NCBI GenBank assembly: GCA_963843575.1
Contig: CAWJKZ010000019.1
Location: 1 to 64,000, forward strand
Source of the DNA: an uncultured Acidobacteriota bacterium
GTDB lineage: Bacteria; Acidobacteriota; UBA6911
DNA: 64,000 nt
Direction of reading: 5' to 3'
Part shown: positions 51,401-60,800 of the stretch, in pieces
Layout of the letters: the number at the start of each line of letters is the position of its first letter
Position numbering within the stretch: the first letter of the stretch is position 1
Notes under the pieces: generated by a model
What the model was told of the DNA's origin: nothing
What the model saw: the letters and a program-made list of their open reading frames with translations, nothing else
Databases searched by the model: none
Position numbers and translations under genes: made by a program

Positions 51401-51814
51401 GGCGTAGAGTTCGCGCCCGGCAGGGCCGCGGAACTGCGCGAGGCCGTGAAAGAGCCAGAATGCGTCGTCTACCCCGTACACCTCGACCTGCTGCGCCCGG
51501 CGCCCGGATTTTTCCGCCACGGCGATCCCGCGCGCCCGCAAGACCGGGCAGATTGTGCCGGAACTGCCCGGGCTGCCGAGGCGCGTCGCCATCTCCGCCG
51601 CCAGCCGCGCGCGAAACCAGTGCGCGGACGTGACGACGGATTCCGTGTTTCCCAGCCGATCGAGCACGCGGTCGCGCAGGCTGCCCCGGACCGAGTCCCC
51701 GACAAGCAAAGCTCCGGTCAGCACCGCGACGGCCGTTGCCACGCCCGCCACCACGGCCAGGTTGCCGCGCCAGTAGTAGAACAGGTTCCGCCGCACAAGC
51801 CGTGCCAGCCTCAT
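48446..51814 (-). CDS. large FtsX/MacB-type ABC transporter permease (1122 aa)
   Basis: AVLTGALLVGDSVRGSL, FLYFSFFLI, NVLERRKELALLRAVGF, C-terminal LLAALRSE. Confidence 0.85.
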   Translation of the reverse strand: MRLARLVRRNLFYYWRGNLAVVAGVATAVAVLTGALLVGDSVRGSLRDRVLDRLGNTESVVTSAHWFRARLAAEMATRLGSPGSSGTICPVLRARGIAVAEKSGRRAQQVEVYGVDDAFWLFHGLAQFRGPAGRELYAGESLSRELQLEVGDTVLLRVEKGQEAPQESLFGHRDDPGRTLRLRCAGVLARRQLGEFSVRPGGSEGLTVFVPLGRLQRDLGTPGGANTLLVSGGHGPQEIRRVLRAGWTLADAGVVLRTVSAEGALSVESPGVLLSDALARAATDAAQRSGIPASPLYTYLATTIRCGTREIPYAVITAADLGSGALARLPRTAATGPPPAEGQAVWLNDWAVRELRPGPGEPVEISYFVWCSGGRLDAETVQFRFAGTVQTGAAAGPSMAPDFPGITEATTLTEWDPPFPFDLRRIRPEDERYWDEYRTTPKAFIALDRGRSLWGTRFGGATSVRLCPSGAVDLQAASLAYAAVLRNGLDVEHAGFDVTDVRALSLKAALGSTDFGQYFLYFSFFLIAASLLLSGLFFRLGIEQRVHEVGALTAAGFAPSRLRSMFLVEAAAIAGAGTVVGLPAAAAYAALLLHGLGTWWTGATGATRLSLHVSWVSFAVGAAMGIAAALLSTALTLRGLGRSSARALLAGVFEDRGRSRTRARIDRAAAAASLALAAAVLAAARAGALPETAGFFTAGSLLLVCALSACSLFFRRIPEPLGAGGWRAVFRLGALNAGYRAGRSLSCVALIAGATFVIVSLEAFRQSPATAAADRRSGTGGFALAAESTLPLAYDLNGADGRTAVGLQDDLAGFRALGFTQFRVRPGDDTSCLNLYAPQEPRLLGVPRDFIQGGRFRFGATPSATTAAARANPWLLLEAEPPDGAVPAIADANTIRYTLHRAPGDLVTVRAGDGGPVRLRLVAALRDSIFQSELLISESNFLKYFPDQEGFRFFLVDVDPSQASEVARRLEDRLADWGFDAQSAPERLASYHQVEDTYLSTFQSLGGFGLLLGSVGMAAVLLRNVLERRKELALLRAVGFSRGALVATVLSENAVLVGLGLLSGTVAALFAVGPALVARAHPFPIASVLTLVCSVFAVGLAASLLAAVAAFRAPLLAALRSE

Positions 51815-52110
51815 GTCGCCTCAGCCTGATTACGGCAAGATAGAGTCTTCTGCCCGGCGATGCAACCCCGGATGTCCACACGAACACCCGGATCCCGACG
51901 GCAATCGCTGCCGCCCGTCTGCGAAGTCGGATGTGCCGCGCCCGCCCCTTCCCGCGCGGATGCCCCCCCGACGGCTCACTCCCATTTCGCAGATCGTTCC
52001 GTTAATGCCTTAAATGAGGAAAACAGGGGCAAAAACTGAAATCAACGCGGTTTTTTTCGTCGATTTCTCTCGCAAACAATTAGGTGGACATGACTTATCC
52101 AGGTCCGTCC

Positions 52111-52719
52111 CTACGAGAGACCGCGCTCGAGGAGTTCGGCGTATTCGCTGGAAGCGTAGACTTCGAAGCCCACTGTTTGCGGGTCGAGGCGCGCGAAGGC
52201 GCAGGACGACTGGCGGCAGGAAAACATGTGTTCGGCGTAGCGGTAGTACTCGCGCAGGAATTCCGCGGTGACCGAATCGCGTTTCGGCAGCTCGGCGAAA
52301 ACGGAGTTCAGGCCCACGGCACGGGAGAAGACGCGGCGGAAGTCGACGACGCCCCATTTGCGCAGCTTTGTGGTGACGTTGGGCGGCGGGGTGTCGGTGA
52401 TGAGCGCCACGAAGGTCTGGAGCTCCATCTGGGCGGGCCACGCCTGGGGTTTGCGCCGGACCGAGTCGAGGCACTGCTCCGCCCAGCGGACGACATCCTT
52501 CCCGATGTAAAACAGCATGCGGACTTCGCAATAGCGGCCGTCGAGGACGCGTTTTTCGAGTTCCTCTTGCCGTGTCGCCTGGATTGCGGTGCCGTGCAGC
52601 AGTTCGCTCGCGCGTGAACAGGCGAGTAGTGTCGAGGCGTCCGCGGAGTTTGAAAACGGGTGCAACACGAGCGGGGGCAGGCTGCACGCGCGGCCACATG
52701 GCGATTCGTGATCCGGCAT
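52111..52719 (-). CDS. hypothetical protein
   Basis: About 200 aa with globular composition (LPPLVLHPF, GRYCEVRMLFYIGKD), co-oriented with its neighbours; no motif recognised and start uncertain. Confidence 0.6.
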   Translation of the reverse strand: MPDHESPCGRACSLPPLVLHPFSNSADASTLLACSRASELLHGTAIQATRQEELEKRVLDGRYCEVRMLFYIGKDVVRWAEQCLDSVRRKPQAWPAQMELQTFVALITDTPPPNVTTKLRKWGVVDFRRVFSRAVGLNSVFAELPKRDSVTAEFLREYYRYAEHMFSCRQSSCAFARLDPQTVGFEVYASSEYAELLERGLS

Positions 52720-52782
52720 GCACCACATATCGTCTGACCCCGGCGTGAGCTTTAGGCCGTACCGGGGGCGGACTCGGCCCTC

Positions 52783-53448
52783 TCACCCCCCGATCAGGCG
52801 CCCGTCCCGCAGCGTGAATGTGCAGCCGAGACGTGCCGCGACTTCGGGGTTGTGCGTGACCACCAGGAGGATGTTGCGCAGTGAGCGATGAAGCTCGAGG
52901 AGCAGGGTGGTGACGGCATCGGCGGACCGGTGGTCGAGGTTGCCGGTGGGTTCGTCGCACAGCAGCAACCTCGGTTGCAGGATGAGGGCGCGGGCCAGTG
53001 CCACGCGCTGCCTCTCCCCGCCGGAGAGTTCGGCCGGATGATGCCGGAGCCTCGCTCCGAGCCCGACCTGCTCCAGGAGCGAGACTGCCCGCGAGCGGAA
53101 ATCGTTTCCGGAACGAGCCACGACGGTCGGGACGAGCACGTTTTCGAGGACCGAACATTGCGGCAGAAGATAGTGGTCCTGGAACACGAAACCCACCTGT
53201 GCGTTGCGGAAGGCGGCCAGCGCGCCTCCGCGCAGCGCGAAGGGGTCCTGGCCGTCAAGCCGCACCGTCCCCCGGGTCGGCGGTTCGAGCGCTCCCAGGA
53301 TGTACAGGAGGGTGCTCTTGCCGCTGCCCGAAGGGCCGACGATCGCCGCCGAATCGCCCGGCACGAGTGTCAATGAGACCCCGGAGAGCACCGGCACATT
53401 CCCGGTGACGACGGGGTACTCCTTCACGAGGTCGCGCGCTTCAAGCAT
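52783..53448 (-). CDS. ABC transporter ATP-binding protein (LolD/MacB-like)
   Basis: [39 protein letters not shown]. Confidence 0.92.
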   Translation of the reverse strand: MLEARDLVKEYPVVTGNVPVLSGVSLTLVPGDSAAIVGPSGSGKSTLLYILGALEPPTRGTVRLDGQDPFALRGGALAAFRNAQVGFVFQDHYLLPQCSVLENVLVPTVVARSGNDFRSRAVSLLEQVGLGARLRHHPAELSGGERQRVALARALILQPRLLLCDEPTGNLDHRSADAVTTLLLELHRSLRNILLVVTHNPEVAARLGCTFTLRDGRLIGG

Positions 53449-54760
53449 CCGCTTGCCCTCCCCGCCCTGCGGCGGTTTCCGCCAGCACCTCGCCGTAGAC
53501 GGCCAGGGCTTCCTCCGCCATGCGGGTGGCCGTGAAATGGCGGCGGACGCCGGCGTGGGCGGCCGCGCCAAGTTCGCGGCGCTGCCCCGCGTCGGCGGCC
53601 AGCAGGCGAATCGCCTCGGCCAGCCCCTCCGGGTCGTCGGGGGGCACGAGGAGTCCCCCGCCGGTCGCCTCGATCAGCTCGGGGTACACACCGCGCCGTG
53701 GCTGGACCACCGGAGTGCCCGCCGCCATGGCCTCCAGGAGGAAAATCCCCTTGGTTTCATCGTAGGGCCCGGGTACCGAGAATATGTCCAGTCCCTGGAG
53801 AAACACGATCTTGGCTTTCCGGTCGAGCTCCCCGAGATACTGGAACTCGGCCGACAGCCCGGCTGCGTCCATCTCGCGGCGGACTTGGGCCAGATATTCC
53901 CTGTGCTCGGCCCCGAGATAGCCCGCCGCCACCAGGCGGCATTCCGGGAGACGAGCCGCCCGCCGCAGCCGACGGTAGGCGTCGCACAGCACGTGCAGAC
54001 CCTTTTCGGGCGCGATGCGGGCCAGGTAGCCGATGGTAACGACGTCGTTGCCGGCCGGCCGCGACCGCTCGTAACCGTCCATGTTGATTCCGAGCCTCAC
54101 TACCCGGACTTTTTCCGGAGGGAGTTCCAGCCGGTGGGACATCGAGCGGGCGCAGAACCTGCTGACCGCAATGAACCTGTCCACGTGGGGAACGTGCGAA
54201 CGGATGAGGCGCAGCGCCTCGCCGCGGTGCGGTTCTCCGAGCCCCTCCAGGAAGAAGTCCTCCCCCTGCAGGGTGCAGCAGAGCGGTGCCCGCAGCGTCG
54301 CCTTCAGCGCGGGGGCGAGCCCGAGCAGGAGCGAGTTCGGGATGATGACGACGTCCGGCGCCAGCTCCTCGAGATGGCGGACGAGCGTATCCACTTCGGC
54401 GCGCTGAAAACCGCTGCGCCCCTTGAGCATGGAAACCGTGAGGCTCCCGAGGCGGGCAGGCTCGACCTTGACGTTCCACCGTGTGGCGAGGGCCAGGAGC
54501 GGCCCCGCGTCCAACGCCCGGTGCACGACGCGCGGGACGTGGCGAAACAGCGGGACATGCTGCTCCAGGAAGACGTTGATGCCGCCCAGGAAGACCCGTT
54601 TTCCGCTGACGTTGGGCTCGTCCGTCCGGGTGGGCGTGTAGGTCGGGATCAGGGAGACGTCGTGCCCCGCGGCCAGGAGCGCTGCCGCCAACGTGTTGTC
54701 GCGGAGGCAGCTGCCGCAGTACATCCCCCCCGCTCCGGCCGTGATCTGGGCGATTTTCAT
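53441..54760 (-). CDS. glycosyltransferase family 4 with N-terminal YCGSC motif
   Basis: IGYLARIAPEKG, ETKGIFLLEAMAAGTPVV (E-x7-E), MYCGSCLRD. Confidence 0.85.
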   Translation of the reverse strand: MKIAQITAGAGGMYCGSCLRDNTLAAALLAAGHDVSLIPTYTPTRTDEPNVSGKRVFLGGINVFLEQHVPLFRHVPRVVHRALDAGPLLALATRWNVKVEPARLGSLTVSMLKGRSGFQRAEVDTLVRHLEELAPDVVIIPNSLLLGLAPALKATLRAPLCCTLQGEDFFLEGLGEPHRGEALRLIRSHVPHVDRFIAVSRFCARSMSHRLELPPEKVRVVRLGINMDGYERSRPAGNDVVTIGYLARIAPEKGLHVLCDAYRRLRRAARLPECRLVAAGYLGAEHREYLAQVRREMDAAGLSAEFQYLGELDRKAKIVFLQGLDIFSVPGPYDETKGIFLLEAMAAGTPVVQPRRGVYPELIEATGGGLLVPPDDPEGLAEAIRLLAADAGQRRELGAAAHAGVRRHFTATRMAEEALAVYGEVLAETAAGRGGQADA

Positions 54761-54763
54761 GGG

Positions 54764-55891
54764 TCAGCCGCCGAAACAGTACAGCACCCCGTCCTGGGAC
54801 CCGATGACGACGGCACCCTCGGCGGCGGCCGGCGACGCAGAAAGGGGCGCACCCGCGGTGAAGTCCCACACCTTTTTCCCGGTCGACAGGTCGAGACCGT
54901 AGAAGTGACCGTCGTTAGAGCCCACAAAGACGCGGTTGCCCGACACGAGCGGCGAAGACTCCACTCGGGCCCGGGTCTGAAAGGTCCAGACCGGCTTCCC
55001 CGTCGCCCTGTCGAGGCAGTGGATCATCTTGTCCCGGCCGCCCAGGACAACCCGCTCCGTGGTGACGGCCGCCGAGGAGTAGAAAGGGAAGCTGAGCTTC
55101 GTGTGCTGGTAACGCCAGGTGGCCGTGCGTTTCTGGAGATCCAGTCCGAGCACTTCGTTGCCGAACGTGCCGAGGTAAGCTTTGTCACCGATCGCCGCCG
55201 GCGACGCCCCGGCGTAGGCACCGAGCGGAAACGCGAAGATCTCCTTGCCCGACACCGCGTCGAGGGCGCGAAACGTCTCGTCGCACCCCGCCACGTAGAC
55301 CCGCCCCTTGCTGACGGACGGGGTCGAGTGCACCGGGCCCGCCGTCTCGAACTTCCAGACCAGCGAGCCGTCCCTGGCGGAAAGACAGTAGAGTTGCTGG
55401 TCGTACGAGCCGATGTAGATGCGGCCGCCATACCAGTTCGGCGAAGACTTCACCTCGGAGTCCGTTTTGAACGTCCAACGGACCCTGCCGTCGGCCGCGT
55501 CCACGGCGTGCACGACCCCCTCGAGATCCCCCACAAATACGAGGCCCTCACGCACGCAGGGGGAGGATTCCTCGACAGGTCCCGTCGTGCGGTACTCCCA
55601 ACGCGGCTTTCCCGACTTGAGGTCGATGGCGTGCAGACTCCCGTCCATGGAACCGACGTATACGGTCCCGTCCGAGATCGCCGCAGACGATTCGATCGAG
55701 TCTCTGGCCTGGAAGGTCCAGCGCACCTTCATCGCCGGAGGCAGGGCGCCGGGGTAGACTCCGGTCAGACCGGGATTCCCGCGGAACACCGGCCATTCGT
55801 CGCGGCCGGCGTCCTGGGCCAGGACGCGGAGCCAAACCGCCCCGGCGAGCAGCAGCGCTGCGGACCCAAAGGCATGCTTCCTGTGTCTCAT
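54764..55891 (-). CDS. secreted PQQ-type beta-propeller repeat protein (BamB-like)
   Basis: Signal peptide, WPVFRGN, repeated SSP...VYVGSxDGxLxAxDxxxGxxxW units. Confidence 0.88.
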   Translation of the reverse strand: MRHRKHAFGSAALLLAGAVWLRVLAQDAGRDEWPVFRGNPGLTGVYPGALPPAMKVRWTFQARDSIESSAAISDGTVYVGSMDGSLHAIDLKSGKPRWEYRTTGPVEESSPCVREGLVFVGDLEGVVHAVDAADGRVRWTFKTDSEVKSSPNWYGGRIYIGSYDQQLYCLSARDGSLVWKFETAGPVHSTPSVSKGRVYVAGCDETFRALDAVSGKEIFAFPLGAYAGASPAAIGDKAYLGTFGNEVLGLDLQKRTATWRYQHTKLSFPFYSSAAVTTERVVLGGRDKMIHCLDRATGKPVWTFQTRARVESSPLVSGNRVFVGSNDGHFYGLDLSTGKKVWDFTAGAPLSASPAAAEGAVVIGSQDGVLYCFGG

Positions 55892-56332
55892 AATCGGCCA
55901 AGCCATGTTAACATGGGGACGGATCAGGATAAACCTTTTAAAACCAGGTGCATCCGGCGCTTTTAGGCCGGAAAATGGCCCTTATTTGCGCTTTTTGGGG
56001 CCGTTTCCGTCGATTAAGGCACGTGCCGAGCGACAAGACCTGCCTTGTTGCCTCCAAAAGGCCGCAGGACACCCCCTCCGATCGTGGATCTATCCCGGAT
56101 CCAATGCAATCTCCATGAGAAACCTCGATTGTTTAATGCGACCAGACGTGCGGGATCGCAGCTGCATCAGCACTTTCGATTTGAACAGCAACGCGTTCCG
56201 GGCGCCGCTCATGCCGTTGACGGGTATATGGCCGGTCGGCTCTTGGGCGCCGAGGCCTACCGGATGGGCTGCAACCGCTGGCCTGGCAGGGTTGCAGGGC
56301 TGCGTCCGGGCCAGCGCGGCCCACCCTGACTG

Positions 56333-56590
56333 TCATGTTCTCAGCGAAACGATAGTGGCGCCGCGGTCGGGGGTGTCGTGGAAAGCGAGCACGTCGGGGT
56401 GCTTGCGCAGAATAGACTGGACGATTTCGCGCTGGACGCCCATGCCGCGGCCGTGGACGATCCGCACGAGCGGAAAGCGCCGTTGCACCGCCTGGAACAG
56501 ATACTCCTCCACCACCCCGGGCACGTCCCGGGGGCTGAACGTGTGTAGGTCGATCCAGTCTTCGATCGGCACCTCGAAGGGCGTGGACAT
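56333..56590 (-). CDS. Smr/MutS2 C-terminal domain protein
   Basis: IDLHTF, RIVHGRGMG, GATIV. Confidence 0.85.
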   Translation of the reverse strand: MSTPFEVPIEDWIDLHTFSPRDVPGVVEEYLFQAVQRRFPLVRIVHGRGMGVQREIVQSILRKHPDVLAFHDTPDRGATIVSLRT

Positions 56591-56594
56591 AGGG

Positions 56595-58664
56595 TCAGCG
56601 GCGGGCGGCGCGGGCCGCCGTTCTCCTCGCGGGCGCCAGCTGGGCGGAGAGTGCGTCGACGGCGCGGGCCGCTCCGGGGACGTTCTGCTGAAGGGCGATG
56701 CGCGCGTGCGTCAGGGCGAGCCCGTATAGCTTCATGCGCCAGTAATTCATGGCGAGATCGTAGTGGGCAGCGCCCCAGTCCGGCCGCAGCCCGATCGCAT
56801 TGCGGAACGGCTCGATCGCCGCGGCATAATCGCGTGCGAGATAGAGCGCCAGCCCAAGATCGCGCTGCCGCGCCGCATCGCCGGGCGCCATGTTCCGGGC
56901 GCTCCGGTAATTTGCCACGGCCTCGGCGACGTCGCCCCGGCAGCGGTGCAGGAACCCGAGGCTGGCGTAGACCCAGGCGTCCGGCCCGAACCTCTCGAGC
57001 GAGGTCTCGAAGATGCGGATCGCGCGCGCCCATGCGCCGCTTTTCATGAGCGAAAAGGCCAGCCCGTCCAACGTGCTCTTGCCCGCCGTGCCGCTTGGGG
57101 CGAGCAGCTCGAGCTGCTGGGCCGCCGAGCGGAAGTCTCCGGCGGCGATCCTGATGTAGGCCAGCTGCTCGCGGCAGTCGCGGTCGGCGGGGAGGCGGGC
57201 CAGGCACGAGCGGCAGGCGCGTTCGGCGGCCCGCGCGTCTCCTGCCCGACCGCAGGCTTCTATCAGCCTGTGCCACACGTCGGCGCGCTGCGGCTGGCTC
57301 CGGCTCAGCCTGGCCAGGAGCGCAAGTGCATCCGCCGTCTTTCCCCTGGCCAGCATGTAGCGCGCCGTGCCCAGGAGAGCGTCAGGCTGCGCGGGATCGA
57401 TCCGGGCGGCGGCGGCATACGATTCCCGTGCCCCGCTTTCGTCGCCGCCGGAGGACTGCACATAGCCCAGGAAAGACAGGAGGTCTGGATCGTCGGGGAG
57501 TTCCCGGACGGCGCGGAGCATGACGGCCGCGGCCTCCGGCGCACGCCCGTGTTCCAGGTAGGCCGCGGCGATCCCGGCCAGGACGTCGGGGTCGGCGATG
57601 CCACGGTCCGCCGCTCGCTGCAGCACGGTCAGCGACTCGGAAGTTTTTCCCTGGGCGAGCAGGGTTTGTGCCAGGCCGAGCCGGGCCGCACCGCTTTCCG
57701 GATCGGTTTCGATCGCCATCAGGTAAGCACGGTGCGCCTCGTCGAGCTCGCCCTCGCGCTGCAGTACGCCGCCCAATTCCGCCCAGGCCTTCGACTGCAT
57801 CGGATTCAGCGACGTGCTTTCCTCGAGCAGCATCCGGGCGGCGCGGGCGTCTCCCGCGGCGAGCGCCCGCACGGCCCGGCCGTAGGCGATCTCCGCCGCG
57901 CGCGTCCGCGCGGCCTCCTGCCGCTCCGCCTCGGCTTCGTCCGGTCTCCCCAGCCTGTCGAGTGCCGCGGCCTTCTCTTCACGCAGGACGGGATGGTCGC
58001 GGTCGGCGGCCAGCCCCAGGTCGGCCCAGCGCAGCGCGGCCGCGTAGTCTCTCGTGCTGCGGCAGACATCGACAAGGTTGAGGTAGTAGCGCGGATTGTC
58101 CGGTTCGAGTTCGACCGCGCGCTCATAGGAACGGAGCGCCCCGGGGGCGTCCCCGCCCGCCTGCAGCAGCGTGCCGAGCAGCCCGTGGAACTCCGGCGCC
58201 ATTGGGAAGCGCTCGCAGGCCTCGCGCGCCTCGCGCAGGGCGCCGGCGTCGTCTCCTGCGAGAAAGAGCGCCTCGATCCAGTGCAGCCGGGCCTTCTGGC
58301 CGACAGCCTCGTCCGGCAGCGCCCGCGCAAACTCGCCCGAGGCAGCCTGCGGCTGCCCCCTGCGGGCCAGGACCAGGCCCAGCCCCAACCGCGCCGTGCC
58401 GTTGCCCGGCTCCGCCGCCAGAACCGCCCTGAATGCGGCTTCCGCCTCCTCGAGCCGCGCGCGTTGCAGCAGTAGCAGCCCGAGAAGCGACCGGGCAAAA
58501 ATATCGTCGGGTTTGCCTCGCAGGAGGGTGCGCAGGACTTGTTCCGCTTCGGCGGGCCGGGAGGCGTTGATCAGCGACATGCCGCGCCGCAGCATGTCCT
58601 CCGGCTCCTGCGCCGACGAGGGCGTCGCCAGAAACAGCATCAGCGCCAGCGCCATTGTCTTCAT
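56595..58664 (-). CDS. secreted tetratricopeptide repeat protein
   Basis: Signal peptide and many TPR units (e.g. ARLGLGLVL...A...F..AL...P). Confidence 0.85.
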   Translation of the reverse strand: MKTMALALMLFLATPSSAQEPEDMLRRGMSLINASRPAEAEQVLRTLLRGKPDDIFARSLLGLLLLQRARLEEAEAAFRAVLAAEPGNGTARLGLGLVLARRGQPQAASGEFARALPDEAVGQKARLHWIEALFLAGDDAGALREAREACERFPMAPEFHGLLGTLLQAGGDAPGALRSYERAVELEPDNPRYYLNLVDVCRSTRDYAAALRWADLGLAADRDHPVLREEKAAALDRLGRPDEAEAERQEAARTRAAEIAYGRAVRALAAGDARAARMLLEESTSLNPMQSKAWAELGGVLQREGELDEAHRAYLMAIETDPESGAARLGLAQTLLAQGKTSESLTVLQRAADRGIADPDVLAGIAAAYLEHGRAPEAAAVMLRAVRELPDDPDLLSFLGYVQSSGGDESGARESYAAAARIDPAQPDALLGTARYMLARGKTADALALLARLSRSQPQRADVWHRLIEACGRAGDARAAERACRSCLARLPADRDCREQLAYIRIAAGDFRSAAQQLELLAPSGTAGKSTLDGLAFSLMKSGAWARAIRIFETSLERFGPDAWVYASLGFLHRCRGDVAEAVANYRSARNMAPGDAARQRDLGLALYLARDYAAAIEPFRNAIGLRPDWGAAHYDLAMNYWRMKLYGLALTHARIALQQNVPGAARAVDALSAQLAPARRTAARAARR

Positions 58665-58714
58665 GGCCCGGGCCCCTCCTTGAATTCAGGCGGCGATCCG
58701 CCGGCCTGAGGTGG

Positions 58715-59587
58715 TCACACGCGCAGGACGAGGTCGAGGGAGACGTCCAGGGACGTGGCGCTGTGCGTGATCCACCCCATCGAAAGCAGGTTCACCCCGG
58801 TCGAGGCGACCGCGGCTGCAGTGGAGGGCGTGATCCCGCCGGAAGCCTCGGTCATGGCCTTGCCCCGCGCCAGAGCGACGGCGCGGGACAGGGTGTCGAG
58901 GTCCATGTTGTCCAGCAGCACCGCGTCGATCCCGAGGCCCAGGGCCTCTTCGAGCTCCTCGATCGTGTCGACCTCGACCTGGATCTTGACCATGTGGCCC
59001 ACGTACGCGCGGACGCGCCGGACGGCCTCGGTGATCCCTCCGGCGATCATCCGGTGGTTGTCCTTGACCAGGACGCCGTCGTCCAGTCCGAACCTGTGGT
59101 TTGCACCGCCTCCCGCGCGCACCGCGTACTTCTCGAGTGCGCGCAGGCCCGGGGTCGTCTTGCGCGTGCACACCACCCTGGCGCCGTGGGGGGCGACCGC
59201 GCAGGCCACGTCGCGGGTCGCGGTGGCTATCCCGCTCAAACGGCCGAGCAGGTTGAGGGCGGTGCGCTCGGCCGACAACAGCGCCCGGGCGTTGCCCCGC
59301 AGGATGGCCAGGTGCTCGCCCCGGCCCGCGTCTTGGCCATCGGCCACCCTCCGTTCGACCCTCACCTGCGGATCGAGTCGGCGGAAGGCCGAGAGCGCTA
59401 CCTCGAGCCCGGCGATCCGGCCCGGCTTGCGGGCGAGGATCACTGCCGTGGCCTCGTCGGCCGGGAGCACGATGGCGTCGGTTGTCAAATCCCCGGCACG
59501 GCCGAGGTCCTCCTGCAGGGCCGAGCGGACGAGCTCTTCATACAGGAGAGGGTAGGGGGGCATCAGGGCCTGCGCGTCGTCGGGCAT
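58715..59587 (-). CDS. nadC: quinolinate phosphoribosyltransferase (nicotinate-nucleotide diphosphorylase)
   Basis: EDLGRAGDLTT, ERTALN, TRKTTPGLR, NHRFGLDD, KDNH, EVDT, LLDNM, EASGGI. Confidence 0.95.
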   Translation of the reverse strand: MPDDAQALMPPYPLLYEELVRSALQEDLGRAGDLTTDAIVLPADEATAVILARKPGRIAGLEVALSAFRRLDPQVRVERRVADGQDAGRGEHLAILRGNARALLSAERTALNLLGRLSGIATATRDVACAVAPHGARVVCTRKTTPGLRALEKYAVRAGGGANHRFGLDDGVLVKDNHRMIAGGITEAVRRVRAYVGHMVKIQVEVDTIEELEEALGLGIDAVLLDNMDLDTLSRAVALARGKAMTEASGGITPSTAAAVASTGVNLLSMGWITHSATSLDVSLDLVLRV

Positions 59588-59588
59588 C

Positions 59589-60647
59589 TCAGCGCCCCTG
59601 CCGCGTCCCGAGATCGAGCATGCGCTGCACCGCCAGGTGGGCCCGCTCGGCCACCCCGGGATCGACCTCGACCTCGTGCTCCATCTGGACGAGCGAGTTG
59701 AGTATCTTCGGGAGCGTGATCCGCTTCATGTGAGGGCACAGGTTGCACGGGCGGACAAACTCCAGGTTCGGGAATTCCACCGCCACGTTGTCGCTCATCG
59801 AGCACTCCGTGATCAGAGCCACCCGGGCCGGCTCGTACCGCCTCACGTGCTGGATCATGCCCGACGTGGACCCGACGTAGTCGGCCTCGGCCAGCACGTC
59901 GGGCGGGCACTCCGGGTGCGCCAGGACCGCAACCCCCGGGTACTGCTCGCGGAACTGGCGCACGTCCCCGGCCGTGAAACGCTCGTGCACCTCGCAGTGC
60001 CCCTGCCACAGGATCACCTCGGCCCGGACATGGCGTGCGACATAGCGTCCCAGGTACTCGTCGGGCAGAAAGATAACGCGGTCCGCACCCAGCCCGTTCA
60101 CGATCTCGACCGCGTTGGCCGACGTGCAGCAGACGTCCGACTCGGCCTTGACCTCCGCTGAGGTGTTGACGTACGTCACGACCGGAACGCCCGGGTAGCG
60201 CCGCCGCAGCCCCCGCACATCCTCGGCCGTGATGGAGGACGCCAGCGAGCAGCCGGCTCCCGGGTCGGGGATCAGCACCGTCTTGCCCGGATTGAGCACC
60301 TTGGCGGTCTCCGCCATGAAGTGCACGCCGCAGAGCACGATCACGTCCGCGTCGGTATCGGCCGCCTCGCGCGCCAGCGCCAGCGAGTCGCCCGTGATGT
60401 CGGCCACGCAATGGAAGATTTCCGGAGTCTGATAGTTGTGGGCTAGGACGACGGCCCGGCGCTCGACCTTCAACTCCCGGATGGCGTGAATGTAAGGGGC
60501 GTGTACGGCCCACTCGACTTCCGGCACGACGTGGCGGACGCGCTCGTATAGCGGCGCCGTCTCCCTCTCGACCTCGGCGGTATATGCCGGCGTCTCCTGC
60601 ACGACGACTCGACCCGATCGTTCCACTCCACCCTCGCTTATGCTCAT
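59589..60647 (-). CDS. nadA: quinolinate synthase
   Basis: [45 protein letters not shown]. The start may be the GTG a few codons downstream. Confidence 0.95.
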   Translation of the reverse strand: MSISEGGVERSGRVVVQETPAYTAEVERETAPLYERVRHVVPEVEWAVHAPYIHAIRELKVERRAVVLAHNYQTPEIFHCVADITGDSLALAREAADTDADVIVLCGVHFMAETAKVLNPGKTVLIPDPGAGCSLASSITAEDVRGLRRRYPGVPVVTYVNTSAEVKAESDVCCTSANAVEIVNGLGADRVIFLPDEYLGRYVARHVRAEVILWQGHCEVHERFTAGDVRQFREQYPGVAVLAHPECPPDVLAEADYVGSTSGMIQHVRRYEPARVALITECSMSDNVAVEFPNLEFVRPCNLCPHMKRITLPKILNSLVQMEHEVEVDPGVAERAHLAVQRMLDLGTRQGR

Positions 60648-60658
60648 TGTGAGTATAT
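60638..60658. promoter_or_regulatory. NadQ-type operator palindrome 1
   Basis: TTATGCTCA-TTG-TGAGTATAT fits the NadQ consensus as I recall it (ttATRCTCannntGAGYATaa). Confidence 0.75.
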
Positions 60659-60701
60659 ACTGGGGCCAAAAAAACAGGCCCGCCCCACAGGCCAGCGCTA
60701 C

Positions 60702-60722
60702 TTATACTAACGTCGAGCATAT
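60702..60722. promoter_or_regulatory. NadQ-type operator palindrome 2
   Basis: TTATACTAA-CGT-CGAGCATAT, a degenerate second copy 64 bp from site 1. Confidence 0.65.
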
Positions 60723-60800
60723 CGGGAGTCAACCGGGAATAGAGACGTGGGCCGCGTCGGTCCGACGCGGCCCACTCATCCGCCGCACTTCAGGATCCAC

